Positions 29,563 to 39,703 are shown, counted from the first letter of the stretch. The stretch: 64,000 nt of DNA from Desulfobacterales bacterium (GCA_046483495.1 JAWODC010000044.1:96001-160000), one strand, 5' to 3'. The notes: generated by a model not told the origin, from the sequence alone. Program-made: numbers and translations.

Positions 29563-31344
29563 TCAACATTTGTTGTCGGAGCCCGATGCCGCCTTTTTAT
29601 AACGACCGGAGGCGTTCTGCTTTTCTGTTAAAAGCTTAAAAAGCAGCTCCTGGTCATTGTCGCTTTCCGCAGCTTTAATGCGATGAATCAGCATTTGATT
29701 CATGCCTTTCCGGACCATGTGCTTGAACTGTCGAATCAAACGAAGGCAACCGTTTCGGTCCCAGGCATCCTCCTGGATGCTCATCTCCGATACAATACGT
29801 TTTTTTTCGTCGTCGAGCCTCTGGAAAATATCCACGATCGGTTCATTTCCGGCATCCACGCATTCCAAAATAATCATGCCTATGGATTTTAAAAGTCCAT
29901 TTTCAAATTTTTCCAGTATTTGCTGCGCGCGAATCTCGTCTACGCTCTCGGGAAACTGGAGCATCATTTCGATTATTCTGCGCTCGATCCGGTTTTTCTT
30001 TGCATCGGCACCATCCTTTTCGATATGCATCACCGGCGTTCCGGTTTCGCGGGCGGCTTGAAAATTCTTAAGCTTTTGCAAGATCGCGGCTTCGTCAATC
30101 ATGATGCGTTCCGACAATTCCTTGACGTACAGTGAACGGGCAACCGGATCTTGGATTTCGGCCAATGGCTGCATCATATCGCCAACAGTCCGAATTCTTC
30201 CTTCAGGTGACATGCCGTTTCGTTTTACGGCTACATCAATGAGAAAAGGGACGATATTTCGGGCCTCGGATGTCATTTTTTCGAATACTTTCGGGCCAAG
30301 GGCCCGAATGCAGGAGTCCGGATCATGGCCCTTCGGCAGCACCAGAATGCGGGCATTGACATTTTGTTTCATAAACGAACCCACGCTTCTTACCGCCGCC
30401 TTTATACCGGCTTCGTCGGAATCGTAGATGAGAACCATCTTTTCGGCAAATCCCCTCAACATCCTGATCTGCTCCACGGTAAGGGCGGTTCCAAGCGTCG
30501 CTACCGTATTTGTGAGTCCGTACTGATAGAGCGATATGCAGTCAAAGTACCCCTCCACGATATGAACCGTATCGGTCTTCCGGCACTGCATTTTGGCAAG
30601 ATGGATGCCGTAGAGCGAATTCCGTTTGTTGTAGGTAAGCGTCTCCGGGGAGTTGAGATACTTGGGAAGGGAATCATCAACCGCCCTGCCCCCAAAGCCG
30701 ATAATCCGTGCATGACTATCAAAAATCGGGAATATGATTCGGTTCCGAAAACGATCATACGTTCCGGGCGAACCTTTTCGTGGAATCACCAATCCCGACA
30801 GTTCGACCAGTTTTGGCGGAAATTTGCGCTTTAAAAATGGTTCGATATGATGCCATCCTGCCGGAGCGTAGCCCAATCCGAAGGCTTCCGAGGTCTTTGA
30901 ATCGATTCCACGGCGGTTCAAATACGCCAGAGCCGTCGCCCCGGTGTTTGGGTTCAAGCAATCCCGATAAAATGCCGCAGCGGCCTGGTGAAGCTCAAAC
31001 AGAAGTTCTCGGTCGCTTTTCCCGTGTCCATCCCGATCGGCGGCATTTCCGGGAATGCGAATGTTGCATCGATCGGCCAGCAACCGAATGGCTTCGGGAT
31101 ACGAAAGATTGTCCACCTTCATAACAAAGCCGAAAACATCCCCGCCTTCACCGCACCCGAAACAGTGAAAGATCTGCTTTTCCCGGTTTACTGTAAAAGA
31201 TGGCGTTTTCTCGGAGTGAAACGGACACAACCCGACGTGGTTTCGTCCGGCATTTTTCAACCGGACCACTTCCGAAACAATGTCCACGATATCGACTGAC
31301 TGTTTGATTTCGGAAACGATTTCCTCTGGAACCCTAAAGGCCAA
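29563..31344 (-). CDS. dnaG: DNA primase
   Basis: CPFHSEKTPSF...CFGC, DRFRNRIIFPI, KYLNSPET, VEGYFD and YDSDEAG. TTG start after SD AGGAGG. Confidence 0.97.
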   Translation of the reverse strand: MAFRVPEEIVSEIKQSVDIVDIVSEVVRLKNAGRNHVGLCPFHSEKTPSFTVNREKQIFHCFGCGEGGDVFGFVMKVDNLSYPEAIRLLADRCNIRIPGNAADRDGHGKSDRELLFELHQAAAAFYRDCLNPNTGATALAYLNRRGIDSKTSEAFGLGYAPAGWHHIEPFLKRKFPPKLVELSGLVIPRKGSPGTYDRFRNRIIFPIFDSHARIIGFGGRAVDDSLPKYLNSPETLTYNKRNSLYGIHLAKMQCRKTDTVHIVEGYFDCISLYQYGLTNTVATLGTALTVEQIRMLRGFAEKMVLIYDSDEAGIKAAVRSVGSFMKQNVNARILVLPKGHDPDSCIRALGPKVFEKMTSEARNIVPFLIDVAVKRNGMSPEGRIRTVGDMMQPLAEIQDPVARSLYVKELSERIMIDEAAILQKLKNFQAARETGTPVMHIEKDGADAKKNRIERRIIEMMLQFPESVDEIRAQQILEKFENGLLKSIGMIILECVDAGNEPIVDIFQRLDDEKKRIVSEMSIQEDAWDRNGCLRLIRQFKHMVRKGMNQMLIHRIKAAESDNDQELLFKLLTEKQNASGRYKKAASGSDNKC

Positions 31345-31474
31345 AAATAAGACCCTCCTTATCATTGAACCGGGAGCCGTTCAGAAGGTCATCACCGACT
31401 GAAAAGGCTGACCGTTCGTAAAAAAAGCACCGAATCGAATTTTGTTATTCTGGATGGGCATTAGTTAAATAGCT

Positions 31475-31503
31475 AAAATAACTATTTGTTCGGGTTTTGT
31501 CAA
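31475..31503 (-). promoter_or_regulatory. Sigma70-type promoter for dnaG-rpoD
   Basis: TTGACA-17 nt-TATTTT. Confidence 0.55.
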
Positions 31504-31793
31504 GTCAATGCTGCATGTTTTCGGCGGGTTGCATATCAGGCTGCATCCGGATTGTTGGTCCATTCGCTCGATATGACCCCTTGTTTTCAGCTGTCCCGCT
31601 ACTATGGAGTCGTTTCGAAGCAAAGCCGTTTGCACCTTTTGAAAGGAAGTGCGAAGTCGTCATTGTGCAGCAAGGTTTTTGTTTAAAATAAACAACGTTT
31701 CGGATGTTATGGGCAGAGCGGTTTGGGCTTTTCGATATGAAATCCGAAAGTTACGATGAAAACGAAACGGCCTTTTTGGATAAAAGGACCCTT

Positions 31794-32525
31794 TTAGGAA
31801 TGGAAACCAGCCAATTGAATCGCCTCTTTTAAATTCAAGGTGCCGCTGTACAGGGCTTTTCCCGTGATGACGCCCACCACCCCGAATTCAGCCAGCGGCA
31901 GAAGGTTTTTGATATCCTCGAGTGTTGAAACGCCGCCTGAAGCAACCACCGGGATGGAAACCGCGGCGGCAAGCTTCCTGGTTTCATCGATATTCGGGCC
32001 GGTTTGCATACCATCCCTGTGAATATCCGTAAAATTGATGGCTGCAACCCCGCTGTCTTCGAACCGCGCGGCCAGGTCTGCCGCTTTTATCCGGGTGTTT
32101 TTTGTCCAACCCTCTGTCGACACCATGCCGTTTCTGGCATCGATGCCGACGATGATTTTGCCGGGATATCTTTTGCACAGGTCCGACACCCACCGGGTAT
32201 TTTCAACGGCTTTGGTTCCGATAACGATTCGTTTTACGCCCATATCGATATACCGGGAAACCGTGTCATCATTCCTGATTCCGCCACCCACCTGCACATC
32301 TCCGTCAACCGCACTCAGTATCCGTTGAATGGACATCAGGTTCTTCGGCTGCTTTTCGATCGCGCCGTCCAGGTCGACGACATGAATGGTGTCGGCTCCC
32401 TGTTCCTGCCATTTCCGAGCGGTTTCTACCGGATCATCGGAATAGACGGTTTCTTTGTCCATGCGCCCCTGAAGAAGCCGTACACAGTTTCCGTTTTTGA
32501 TATCGATTGCCGGGATTATTTTCAT
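31794..32525 (-). CDS. hisA: ProFAR isomerase
   Basis: IIPAIDI, HVVDLDGA, QVGGGIR, TDIHRDG and ASGGV motifs. Confidence 0.98.
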   Translation of the reverse strand: MKIIPAIDIKNGNCVRLLQGRMDKETVYSDDPVETARKWQEQGADTIHVVDLDGAIEKQPKNLMSIQRILSAVDGDVQVGGGIRNDDTVSRYIDMGVKRIVIGTKAVENTRWVSDLCKRYPGKIIVGIDARNGMVSTEGWTKNTRIKAADLAARFEDSGVAAINFTDIHRDGMQTGPNIDETRKLAAAVSIPVVASGGVSTLEDIKNLLPLAEFGVVGVITGKALYSGTLNLKEAIQLAGFHS

Positions 32526-33220
32526 TTTAACGGAAAATCCTTCATGATTTTATCGAGACCCTCTTGGGCCAGGTCCTCGGCAGTCACCCAGCGTCCTTTT
32601 CGTTGAATGAACGCTTTCAATGTCAATAGATCTTCACTAAGCGCCTGTTGCGTTTCATTGAATACGCCGGACCATATGACGTATCCTTCCGGTAAATCCA
32701 AGAGATGAAATCCAAATGCTGCCGATGCCGGAGTTTCAACGGCATATCGCTTTCCGACACGCTGTTTGAATCGGTACACGTAGCCCACCAGCGCATAATC
32801 AGCAGTCATTTTGCGGCCTGCGGCGATCACCTGATCTTTCTTGACGATCCCACCGCCGGCCGATTGGAAGGCCGGAAGTGCCTCTTTCACCTGTTTCGGG
32901 GTGATAAGATCGAGGCGGGGGTGTCCGGTCAAGCGGGCCACTACGGCATCTGCAAGAAAATCCTCTGCGTTTTCCATCACTTCCCCGGTCATAAAAAAAT
33001 CGCCGCTGATCGGATCGGCGACGCTTCGATGAATCCCGTACAACTGTACCATGTTTCCGACCGGGAAAATTGCGACCACCGCTCTTTCTCCGGATGCATG
33101 ATGATCCGCCGGCAGGGTTTTCGGCCGGTCGGCAACGCACCCATACAAGAGAGTGAGGGTCATTAGAAAAAGGAGGACAGCGAATCGCGTTCTGCGAACG
33201 CAAGGCGATGCATCCGTCAT
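32522..33220 (-). CDS. Putative lipoprotein
   Basis: Lipobox LLYGC after a hydrophobic stretch; tightly coupled to hisB and hisA. Confidence 0.75.
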   Translation of the reverse strand: MTDASPCVRRTRFAVLLFLMTLTLLYGCVADRPKTLPADHHASGERAVVAIFPVGNMVQLYGIHRSVADPISGDFFMTGEVMENAEDFLADAVVARLTGHPRLDLITPKQVKEALPAFQSAGGGIVKKDQVIAAGRKMTADYALVGYVYRFKQRVGKRYAVETPASAAFGFHLLDLPEGYVIWSGVFNETQQALSEDLLTLKAFIQRKGRWVTAEDLAQEGLDKIMKDFPLK

Positions 33221-33221
33221 T

Positions 33222-33809
33222 TTATAAAATCCCTTTCGATGATTGTACGCCCGGCAGCCGGGGCTCTCCGGTGCAGGCTTCGTCGAGTGCCCGGCCGAGG
33301 GATTTAAAAACGGATTCGATCATGTGATGTTCATTTTCTCCATAGAAGACATGGATATGCACATTCATAGCGCTGTGAATACTGAGGGCGCGAAAAAATT
33401 CTTTCGCCAGTGCCAGGCCGAATTTTCCTGGGGCCTCCGGAACACCGGGTACACGGTAAACGAGGTAGGGGCGTTTTGCTAAATCCAGCGCCACCGCAGA
33501 CATGGCATCGTCCATGGGTGTTACCGCATAGCCGTACCGTTTTATTTGCCGCCGATCGCCGAGTGCCGAATCAACAGCATCGCCTAAAACGATGCCGACA
33601 TCTTCAACGGTATGGTGGAAATCGACGTCCAGATCGCCGATCGCATTCACTGACAGATCGAAAAAGCCATGGACGGCAAACAGCGTCAACATGTGGTCGA
33701 AAAAGGCTATGCCCGTAGATATCTGTGCGATGCCCGACCCATCCAGACAGAGGCTGATCTCAACTTCTGTTTCGCTCGTTTTTCTTTTTTCTTTGGCTGT
33801 TCGCTGCAT
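33222..33809 (-). CDS. hisB: Imidazoleglycerol-phosphate dehydratase
   Basis: FFDHML, DFHHTVED, PMDD and NEHHMIES. Start 33809 or 33836. Confidence 0.97.
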   Translation of the reverse strand: MQRTAKEKRKTSETEVEISLCLDGSGIAQISTGIAFFDHMLTLFAVHGFFDLSVNAIGDLDVDFHHTVEDVGIVLGDAVDSALGDRRQIKRYGYAVTPMDDAMSAVALDLAKRPYLVYRVPGVPEAPGKFGLALAKEFFRALSIHSAMNVHIHVFYGENEHHMIESVFKSLGRALDEACTGEPRLPGVQSSKGIL

Positions 33810-33922
33810 CCACACCCCCGGTGCGGTCATATTCATTTCAAAAGTCTTTTACCGCAATTGAAATACTACAACCTTCTACGCGAAGTCAAGGAGTCTTTTT
33901 GGGATCACCATCTGGGAAAGAG

Positions 33923-33951
33923 AAAAAACCCCTTGTATATCAAGGGGTTTT
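33923..33951 (-). terminator. Intrinsic terminator after tRNA-Ala
   Basis: AAAACCCCTTG-ATATA-CAAGGGGTTTTTT. Confidence 0.8.
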
Positions 33952-33957
33952 GAGAGC

Positions 33958-34033
33958 TGGTGGAGATGAGGGGGCTCGAACCCCTGACCTCGGCATTGCG
34001 AACGCCGCGCTCTCCCAGCTGAGCTACATCCCC
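33958..34033 (-). tRNA. tRNA-Ala(CGC)
   Basis: GGGGATGTAGCTCAGCTGGGAGAGCGCGGCGTTCGCAATGCCGAGGTCAGGGGTTCGAGCCCCCTCATCTCCACCA; G3:U70 pair, encoded CCA. Confidence 0.97.
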
Positions 34034-34213
34034 ATTTTAAAATTGCACTTTTATCAGAATGTGAAGATCAGGTCAATCAAAAAAGCCCTTGCGTTGCACC
34101 GTCGATCATTATAAGTTTATATGATTTACCGAAGGCGCATTTCGCGAGCGGAAAAACGCAACTTCGAACGAAATATGTCGGCTTTGAATGAAATGACAAG
34201 GACATGATTTTTG

Positions 34214-35944
34214 ATGAAAAGAACCTTGGTACTGAAAGACGCATATAAGACGTTTACGTTGGACCAGGATAAAACCGCCTCCCCCGGGGAAACGGTTCAG
34301 CAGGTTAAACAAAGACTCAACGCCATCGATTTGGACGTACTCAGTGATACGGTCCGAATCGACAACGGCAGATTGAATATTCCTGTCTATTTCAGCATCT
34401 GCGGAAAAGACGCTGCCGTCGTATGCAGCACTCATAAACAAATGGGAAAGGGCGCCACACCTGAACAGGCGGAAGCCAGCGCGACCATGGAATTGGTGGA
34501 ACGGTTCAGTTTTTACAGCTTTATGAAGGATCGAAGCAATTTCATCATCGGAAAAGCCAAGAACCTTTCAGCCGAAACGCTCGCGTTCGATAGGATTGCA
34601 GCATCGGTGCACGACCGGTCCGATGATGTGGAAAAGGCGCAACAAATCTTTGAAAATCTCGAACTCAAGTGGACCTGGGGACACCATCTCACACGGGATA
34701 TACCGATTCTGGTGCCGTTTGACTGGTTCTATACGATTAATGAATTCAACGGCGCATCCACCGGAAACTGTGTTGAAGAAGCCTTATGCCAGGGAATCTG
34801 CGAAGTCGTGGAACGTCATGTCTCTTCTCTGATCAGCCGAAATCGAATAACACCCGCGGCAATCGACCCGAAAAGCCCTATCGACCCGATGGTCGTCGAA
34901 ATGATCGAAAAGTATACGAAAAATCGAATCCAAATCTACATTTCAGATTTCACACTGGATATGGGGATACCCACCGTCGGTGTTCTTGCCTATGATCCGT
35001 TGACGTTTCCGGATACCAGTGAAATCGTGTGGACGGCCGGAACCGCCACACACCCTGAAAAGGCGTTGAGCCGTGCGCTTTCCGAAACGGCTCAGCTGGG
35101 CGGCGATTTCAACAGCGGGGCCAACTACGTGGCAAGCGGTCTGCCGAAACTTTCATCGATCGCCGAGGCCGGTCACGTCATCAATGCCCCCGGCAATCGT
35201 CATATTCGTGACCTGCCGAACATCTCGCACGATAACGTGCGCATCGAAGTCGAGCGGTGCGTTGCGGCGCTTTCCGAAAAAGCCATGGAAGTTGTCGTGG
35301 TGGATACATCCCATCCCCGGCTCGGTCTGCCGGCCTTCTATACCCTTGTGCCCGGGGCGCATTTCAGAGAGCGGGCTGAAAATACAAGTGCAGCCTTGTT
35401 CTCGACCAAGATTATAGCGGAACAGTATCCCCCCGAGCAGGCCCTTTTCGAATTGATTCACATTGACGAGCACATCTTGCCGAACAAATACTTTATCAAA
35501 TTCTATATCGGAAAATGCCACTTGGCCTTGGAGCGTCCGGAGCAGGCACTAACGTATTTCGAGCAGGCCCTGAATCTCGAGCCCGTCCGGCAGGATGCGG
35601 CATCCGTTTATTCCTATATGGGCGTGTGCCTGAAAGAAATGGAGCGATTCGAAGAAGCGCTGGCCGTTCTTGAAAAGGGGCGCCGAATCGATGATGAAAG
35701 AACGGATATCCATAACCTCATGGGATTTTGCCGGTTCAAACTGAAAGACCATCATCAGGCGATAGCAAGCTTCAAAAAAGTGATCGCACTCAACCCGGGC
35801 TCGGCCATCGATTATGCCAATATCGGCGTGAATTACCGTGAACTGGGAGATGTGGATTCGGCTGTTCATTTTTTCCGGACGGCCCTCGCTCTCGATCCCA
35901 CCCTCACTTTTGCCAGAGACGCGCTTGAAAAATTAACCGCCTGA
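34214..35944 (+). CDS. YcaO-like family protein with C-terminal TPR repeats
   Basis: QMGKGATPEQAEASATMELVER, NGASTGN..EEA...ICEVVERH and RALSE; TPR-like repeats in the last ~150 aa. Confidence 0.9.
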   Translation: MKRTLVLKDAYKTFTLDQDKTASPGETVQQVKQRLNAIDLDVLSDTVRIDNGRLNIPVYFSICGKDAAVVCSTHKQMGKGATPEQAEASATMELVERFSFYSFMKDRSNFIIGKAKNLSAETLAFDRIAASVHDRSDDVEKAQQIFENLELKWTWGHHLTRDIPILVPFDWFYTINEFNGASTGNCVEEALCQGICEVVERHVSSLISRNRITPAAIDPKSPIDPMVVEMIEKYTKNRIQIYISDFTLDMGIPTVGVLAYDPLTFPDTSEIVWTAGTATHPEKALSRALSETAQLGGDFNSGANYVASGLPKLSSIAEAGHVINAPGNRHIRDLPNISHDNVRIEVERCVAALSEKAMEVVVVDTSHPRLGLPAFYTLVPGAHFRERAENTSAALFSTKIIAEQYPPEQALFELIHIDEHILPNKYFIKFYIGKCHLALERPEQALTYFEQALNLEPVRQDAASVYSYMGVCLKEMERFEEALAVLEKGRRIDDERTDIHNLMGFCRFKLKDHHQAIASFKKVIALNPGSAIDYANIGVNYRELGDVDSAVHFFRTALALDPTLTFARDALEKLTA

Positions 35945-36044
35945 TATGTTGCCGATTCGCTGAATACCGCTTTGATCGCGGAACACGTTCAAACAGCTCC
36001 GGCCGCAGAAACTGGCCCGATTATGTCCATCAGGAATTATTTTT

Positions 36045-36833
36045 TCATTTCCGGATGGATACCAGTTCGCTTGCAAGTTTCATGTAATCCCGTGCGCCGT
36101 TGCTGCTTTTCCGGTAATTCACGACAGGTTTTTTTACATAGGCGCTTTCCGCCACCGTCGTATTGGCGCGAATCACAGTTTTGAGCAAAAGATCCCTGGT
36201 CTTTTCATCGGTTTTCAGCTGCTCGAGAATCTGCCGGCATACCCGGGTTCGCCGGTCAAAAAAGGTCGCCAGAATACCGGTAATATTCAGCTTCGGATTT
36301 ATCCCTTCGACGACGGCCTCAACCGTGTCAAACAACTCATCCAAAGCGGCGTACGCATAGGGATGCGTTTGGCAGGGCACCAGCAATTCATCGGCAAAGG
36401 CGAATACATTTACCGTGAGCAACGAGAGGCTCGGCGGCGTATCCACCAATACGAAATCGTATCCATTCGTTACGGCTTCCAGGGACTCTTTAAGGCGGTT
36501 TTCCCTTCCCTCTTCAGCCACCAGTTCCACTTCGGCACCCGCGAGATCGGCAACGGACGGAATGATCTCGATGCCCGGGTAGTCCGTTTTAACGACCACG
36601 TTTCGGCCGGGAAAAGCAGCCGGATCCAATAACATATCATAAACCGTGGGATTTTTTTCGGGCACATCGACGTTTAAACCCCGCGTGGCGGCGGCCTGCG
36701 GATCCATATCCACGATTAGAACAGACTTGTTTTGATTTGCCAATGCGGCTCCCAAATTGATGACGGTAACGGTTTTGCCGACCCCGCCTTTCTCATTCGC
36801 CACGGCAATAACTCTTGCTCTTTTTGGCTCCAT
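36045..36833 (-). CDS. ParA/Soj family ATPase
   Basis: ANEKGGVGKT, VDMDPQ and VDTPPSL motifs. Confidence 0.93.
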   Translation of the reverse strand: MEPKRARVIAVANEKGGVGKTVTVINLGAALANQNKSVLIVDMDPQAAATRGLNVDVPEKNPTVYDMLLDPAAFPGRNVVVKTDYPGIEIIPSVADLAGAEVELVAEEGRENRLKESLEAVTNGYDFVLVDTPPSLSLLTVNVFAFADELLVPCQTHPYAYAALDELFDTVEAVVEGINPKLNITGILATFFDRRTRVCRQILEQLKTDEKTRDLLLKTVIRANTTVAESAYVKKPVVNYRKSSNGARDYMKLASELVSIRK

Positions 36834-36860
36834 CCCAGAGTACCCCCTCTTCTCTACTCG

Positions 36861-39146
36861 TCATGTTGAATCGTCGTTTTGCAGCATTTCCCGCTTGTGG
36901 TCGATCGTCAAGATGATTGTTTTTGCCGTTTGCTTCATATCGGCCAATGATTCGGCCGCCTCATCGCTCATGGTGCCTTTTTCCCGAATAAGATCTTTCA
37001 ATTTCGACAAATCGGCGTGATAAGCCTCAAAGCGGCTGCCGAGATCATCGGCAACAAAGTTGACCGCCCCCGACACAAGCTTCAACAAGTATTGAAATTT
37101 GATGTTCTCCTGATAGTTCTTGAAGTGAAACAAAATCGCCCGTTCCATTTCCCGCTTCATTCGAATAACACCGTCTTCCAATGCCTTGTAGGCCTCTTCC
37201 CGGTTGTCCACGACGGGTTTATTGAACAGTTTCTTTACCAGTTTCAAAACGGAGTAAAAACCGAATCGTATCGTTGCGTCGGTTTTAATTCTGGCGGAAT
37301 AGCGCAGGGTGGATTCCGCCGAGGGAAGCTCGAGATTTAAAATATTTTTGACGGCATTCAAATCGATGGAGGATGCCCCCTCGACATGAACTGAAACAGG
37401 CGTTATGCCGATCTTTTCAACCGAACGGTTGTATGCTTCGAGCGCTTCAACCACCATGCCTTCATACGGGGTGTAGATCGATTCCAGGAAACCGGCAATT
37501 CGTATTTCTTTCTCTTTTATATAGCCGAATACACGGGGAATCACCGTTTCAGCCATGTATCGGTCGACCTGCTGCCTGAAATCCTGGAAAATCAGAAAAA
37601 GCGCATGATGAAATCCTGAACTCTGCAAAACATCGGCATAATCGCCGACATTAACGCGGAAATTCCGGACATACTGCAGCACGGCATCCGGGATACCGCC
37701 CGCCCTGGTGCTGAAGAACTGATCCACATCCTTCTTTAATTCGCTCGTCAGCTTTTGGGCTCCACCGTCCAATGTGTCTTTGATCAGACGCTGAATATGC
37801 CTGAGTTTATCATCGTGGCCGGATATTTTTTCGATAACCTGTCGGGCTTCACCCCGATCACCGGCAAGCACCTTCTGATGCAGGTCGATCCAATGGTGAA
37901 TGCCTTCTGCAACTACGCTCAACCGTCCGAGATGATTATGAAAGAGCAATTTCGCCCGTTGATTGCTGATGAGCAGCTGCAGCTGCTCGAGCAGCCGCTT
38001 CTTTTCACTGAACGTGCTGCCCGCGAATGCCGCCATATTATGCCATTGGAGAAGACGATCATCATCTTTTTTGGTCAATCGGTTCTTCATCCTGTCGAAA
38101 AGGATGAAAAGAGATGAAAAAGCGAACACTTGCGGGTCAGGCTTGATCAATGAAATTTCCTGGCGCACCTTTTCAATCAGCGCATCCATTTCTTCGATGG
38201 TTTCATGCTCGTTGAAATCACAATTGACCACGAAAAGAATGTTGTCCAGAATTCCCATCGCCTTGATGATGGATAGAAATCGGACATCCGCCTGACGGAG
38301 TCCCGTCCGGCTGCTGATCACATAAATAGTCAAATGTGCCATAACCAGATAATCCTGGATTTTGGCCAAATGGAGCGGGTTCGGAGAATCGCTGCCCTGA
38401 CAATCCGCCAGTTCGATATCGTGGGCTATGAGATCATCCGCGTCTATTTCGAGCAGAATATCTTTCAAATAGACGGAAAGCGCGTCGTCGCCCACGAAAT
38501 CTTTGTGGGAGTCGAATCCTTTGCCGATATATTCGACCTTTCCGCTTTCCGAATCGACCGTGTGTCTGACGGCTTCGAACCCCCTCAGGTAGTTTCGAAG
38601 AAGTATGCATCCGGCATTTAAGGTATCCCCTTTCACGAAAAAGTCCGGACCCAACTGCTCCAATTGTGATTCGATCAGCTGTCTGTCTTTTTTTCGGCGA
38701 ATATCGAATTGCCCGGTTTCGGGGGACTGCTGCAAGGACGGCAAAAGGGATATCGCCTGCTCGATATCCGCATTCACGTCATCCCAGGATTTAAAGAAAA
38801 GGGTGGCTTTCAAGGCGCTGCCCTTACGAATACGCGTGACGATGGACGTGATTACGCCGGCGCCTCTTTTTAAATAGTCACCGGATAATAGTGAATTAAC
38901 AAAGGTGCTCTTTCCGGATTTTATGGCGCCGACCACCGCTACGCGCAGCACCTCCTCTGAAACCTGTTTTTGAACCCGGTTACATATCTTTCGATAGTTG
39001 TCTGCGGTCTGTGCCGGCATGCCTGAAATGGATGCCAGGTGATCCAAAAGGCCGTCCAAATCGCTGCCGACGCGGGCGACGTCATTTTTGCCGATGTGTA
39101 AATCGTTCATGTTTTTCAAAAACCTTCCTCGGCCCGTATCTGTCAT
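36861..39146 (-). CDS. Bacterial dynamin-like GTPase
   Basis: G1 VGAIKSGKSTFVNSL, G2 VITS, G3 DCQG, G4-like NCD; long helical C-terminus. Confidence 0.85.
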   Translation of the reverse strand: MTDTGRGRFLKNMNDLHIGKNDVARVGSDLDGLLDHLASISGMPAQTADNYRKICNRVQKQVSEEVLRVAVVGAIKSGKSTFVNSLLSGDYLKRGAGVITSIVTRIRKGSALKATLFFKSWDDVNADIEQAISLLPSLQQSPETGQFDIRRKKDRQLIESQLEQLGPDFFVKGDTLNAGCILLRNYLRGFEAVRHTVDSESGKVEYIGKGFDSHKDFVGDDALSVYLKDILLEIDADDLIAHDIELADCQGSDSPNPLHLAKIQDYLVMAHLTIYVISSRTGLRQADVRFLSIIKAMGILDNILFVVNCDFNEHETIEEMDALIEKVRQEISLIKPDPQVFAFSSLFILFDRMKNRLTKKDDDRLLQWHNMAAFAGSTFSEKKRLLEQLQLLISNQRAKLLFHNHLGRLSVVAEGIHHWIDLHQKVLAGDRGEARQVIEKISGHDDKLRHIQRLIKDTLDGGAQKLTSELKKDVDQFFSTRAGGIPDAVLQYVRNFRVNVGDYADVLQSSGFHHALFLIFQDFRQQVDRYMAETVIPRVFGYIKEKEIRIAGFLESIYTPYEGMVVEALEAYNRSVEKIGITPVSVHVEGASSIDLNAVKNILNLELPSAESTLRYSARIKTDATIRFGFYSVLKLVKKLFNKPVVDNREEAYKALEDGVIRMKREMERAILFHFKNYQENIKFQYLLKLVSGAVNFVADDLGSRFEAYHADLSKLKDLIREKGTMSDEAAESLADMKQTAKTIILTIDHKREMLQNDDST

Positions 39147-39191
39147 CGTACCTCATAAGATCAGGGAAAACCGTCGTATAAAAAGTTGGGG

Positions 39192-39220
39192 ATTTTACAA
39201 TGCCTTAGATTAATTGTCAA
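39192..39220 (-). promoter_or_regulatory. Sigma70-type promoter for dynamin-parA
   Basis: TTGACA-17 nt-TAAAAT. Confidence 0.65.
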
Positions 39221-39492
39221 AATTATTTCTCGCGCTTTTTCCGAATCCCGGATTCCGCACCGCCTTTCATACAATTCATAAATCGTTGTAAAATTTAAGA
39301 GTTTATGCTATAATTGATAATTTAAAATTGATGATTAAATCTCCCGGTTTTGAAGCAACGGCGGGAACTTCGGTAATACACGCGCAAAACAAGAGGTCTG
39401 AACGGTATCCGCCGGAAGCACATGCCGCCGGTGTAAAAATTTTGATGCGTTTGGTATGAGGCGTGTCGTATTGTAAAAGAGGAACTATTTTT

Positions 39493-39645
39493 ATGTCTGA
39501 AAAACATCCGGAATGTCCGTTGTATAATCCTTTGAATTGTAAAGAGTACTACAATCCAAAAATCTGTGCATTTGTTCGCAAAGACAAGATTTGTCTTAAA
39601 AAGAAAAAGCCCAAAGCAAAATCAAAGGTCAAGGAAAAAGCGTAA
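39493..39645 (+). CDS. Small 4-Cys, Lys-rich hypothetical protein (50 aa)
   Basis: SD AGAGGA then ATG. MSEKHPECPLYNPLNCKEYYNPKICAFVRKDKICLKKKKPKAKSKVKEKA. Confidence 0.65.
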   Translation: MSEKHPECPLYNPLNCKEYYNPKICAFVRKDKICLKKKKPKAKSKVKEKA

Positions 39646-39703
39646 TTTAAGGCAATCCGGCCGAGGTATTCAAGCAAGTCGATCCCGCATATGTTTTTGC
39701 CAT

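Noticed and set aside
33900..34033. Integrative element or att site at tRNA-Ala (and at tRNA-Ile)
   Set aside because: No integrase and no duplicated tRNA 3' end were seen; the downstream palindrome is adequately explained as a terminator.
39350..39430. c-di-GMP-I riboswitch resemblance (CGCAAAAC...GGTCTGAA)
   Set aside because: The upstream GNRA-capped stem and the GGCAAA-type 5' motif are not evident; only a covariance search could rescue it.
39493..39645. Cys-rich microprotein as a RiPP precursor for the YcaO
   Set aside because: It is 3.5 kb away behind two unrelated genes, has no leader/core organisation, and no protease, transporter or dehydrogenase is nearby.
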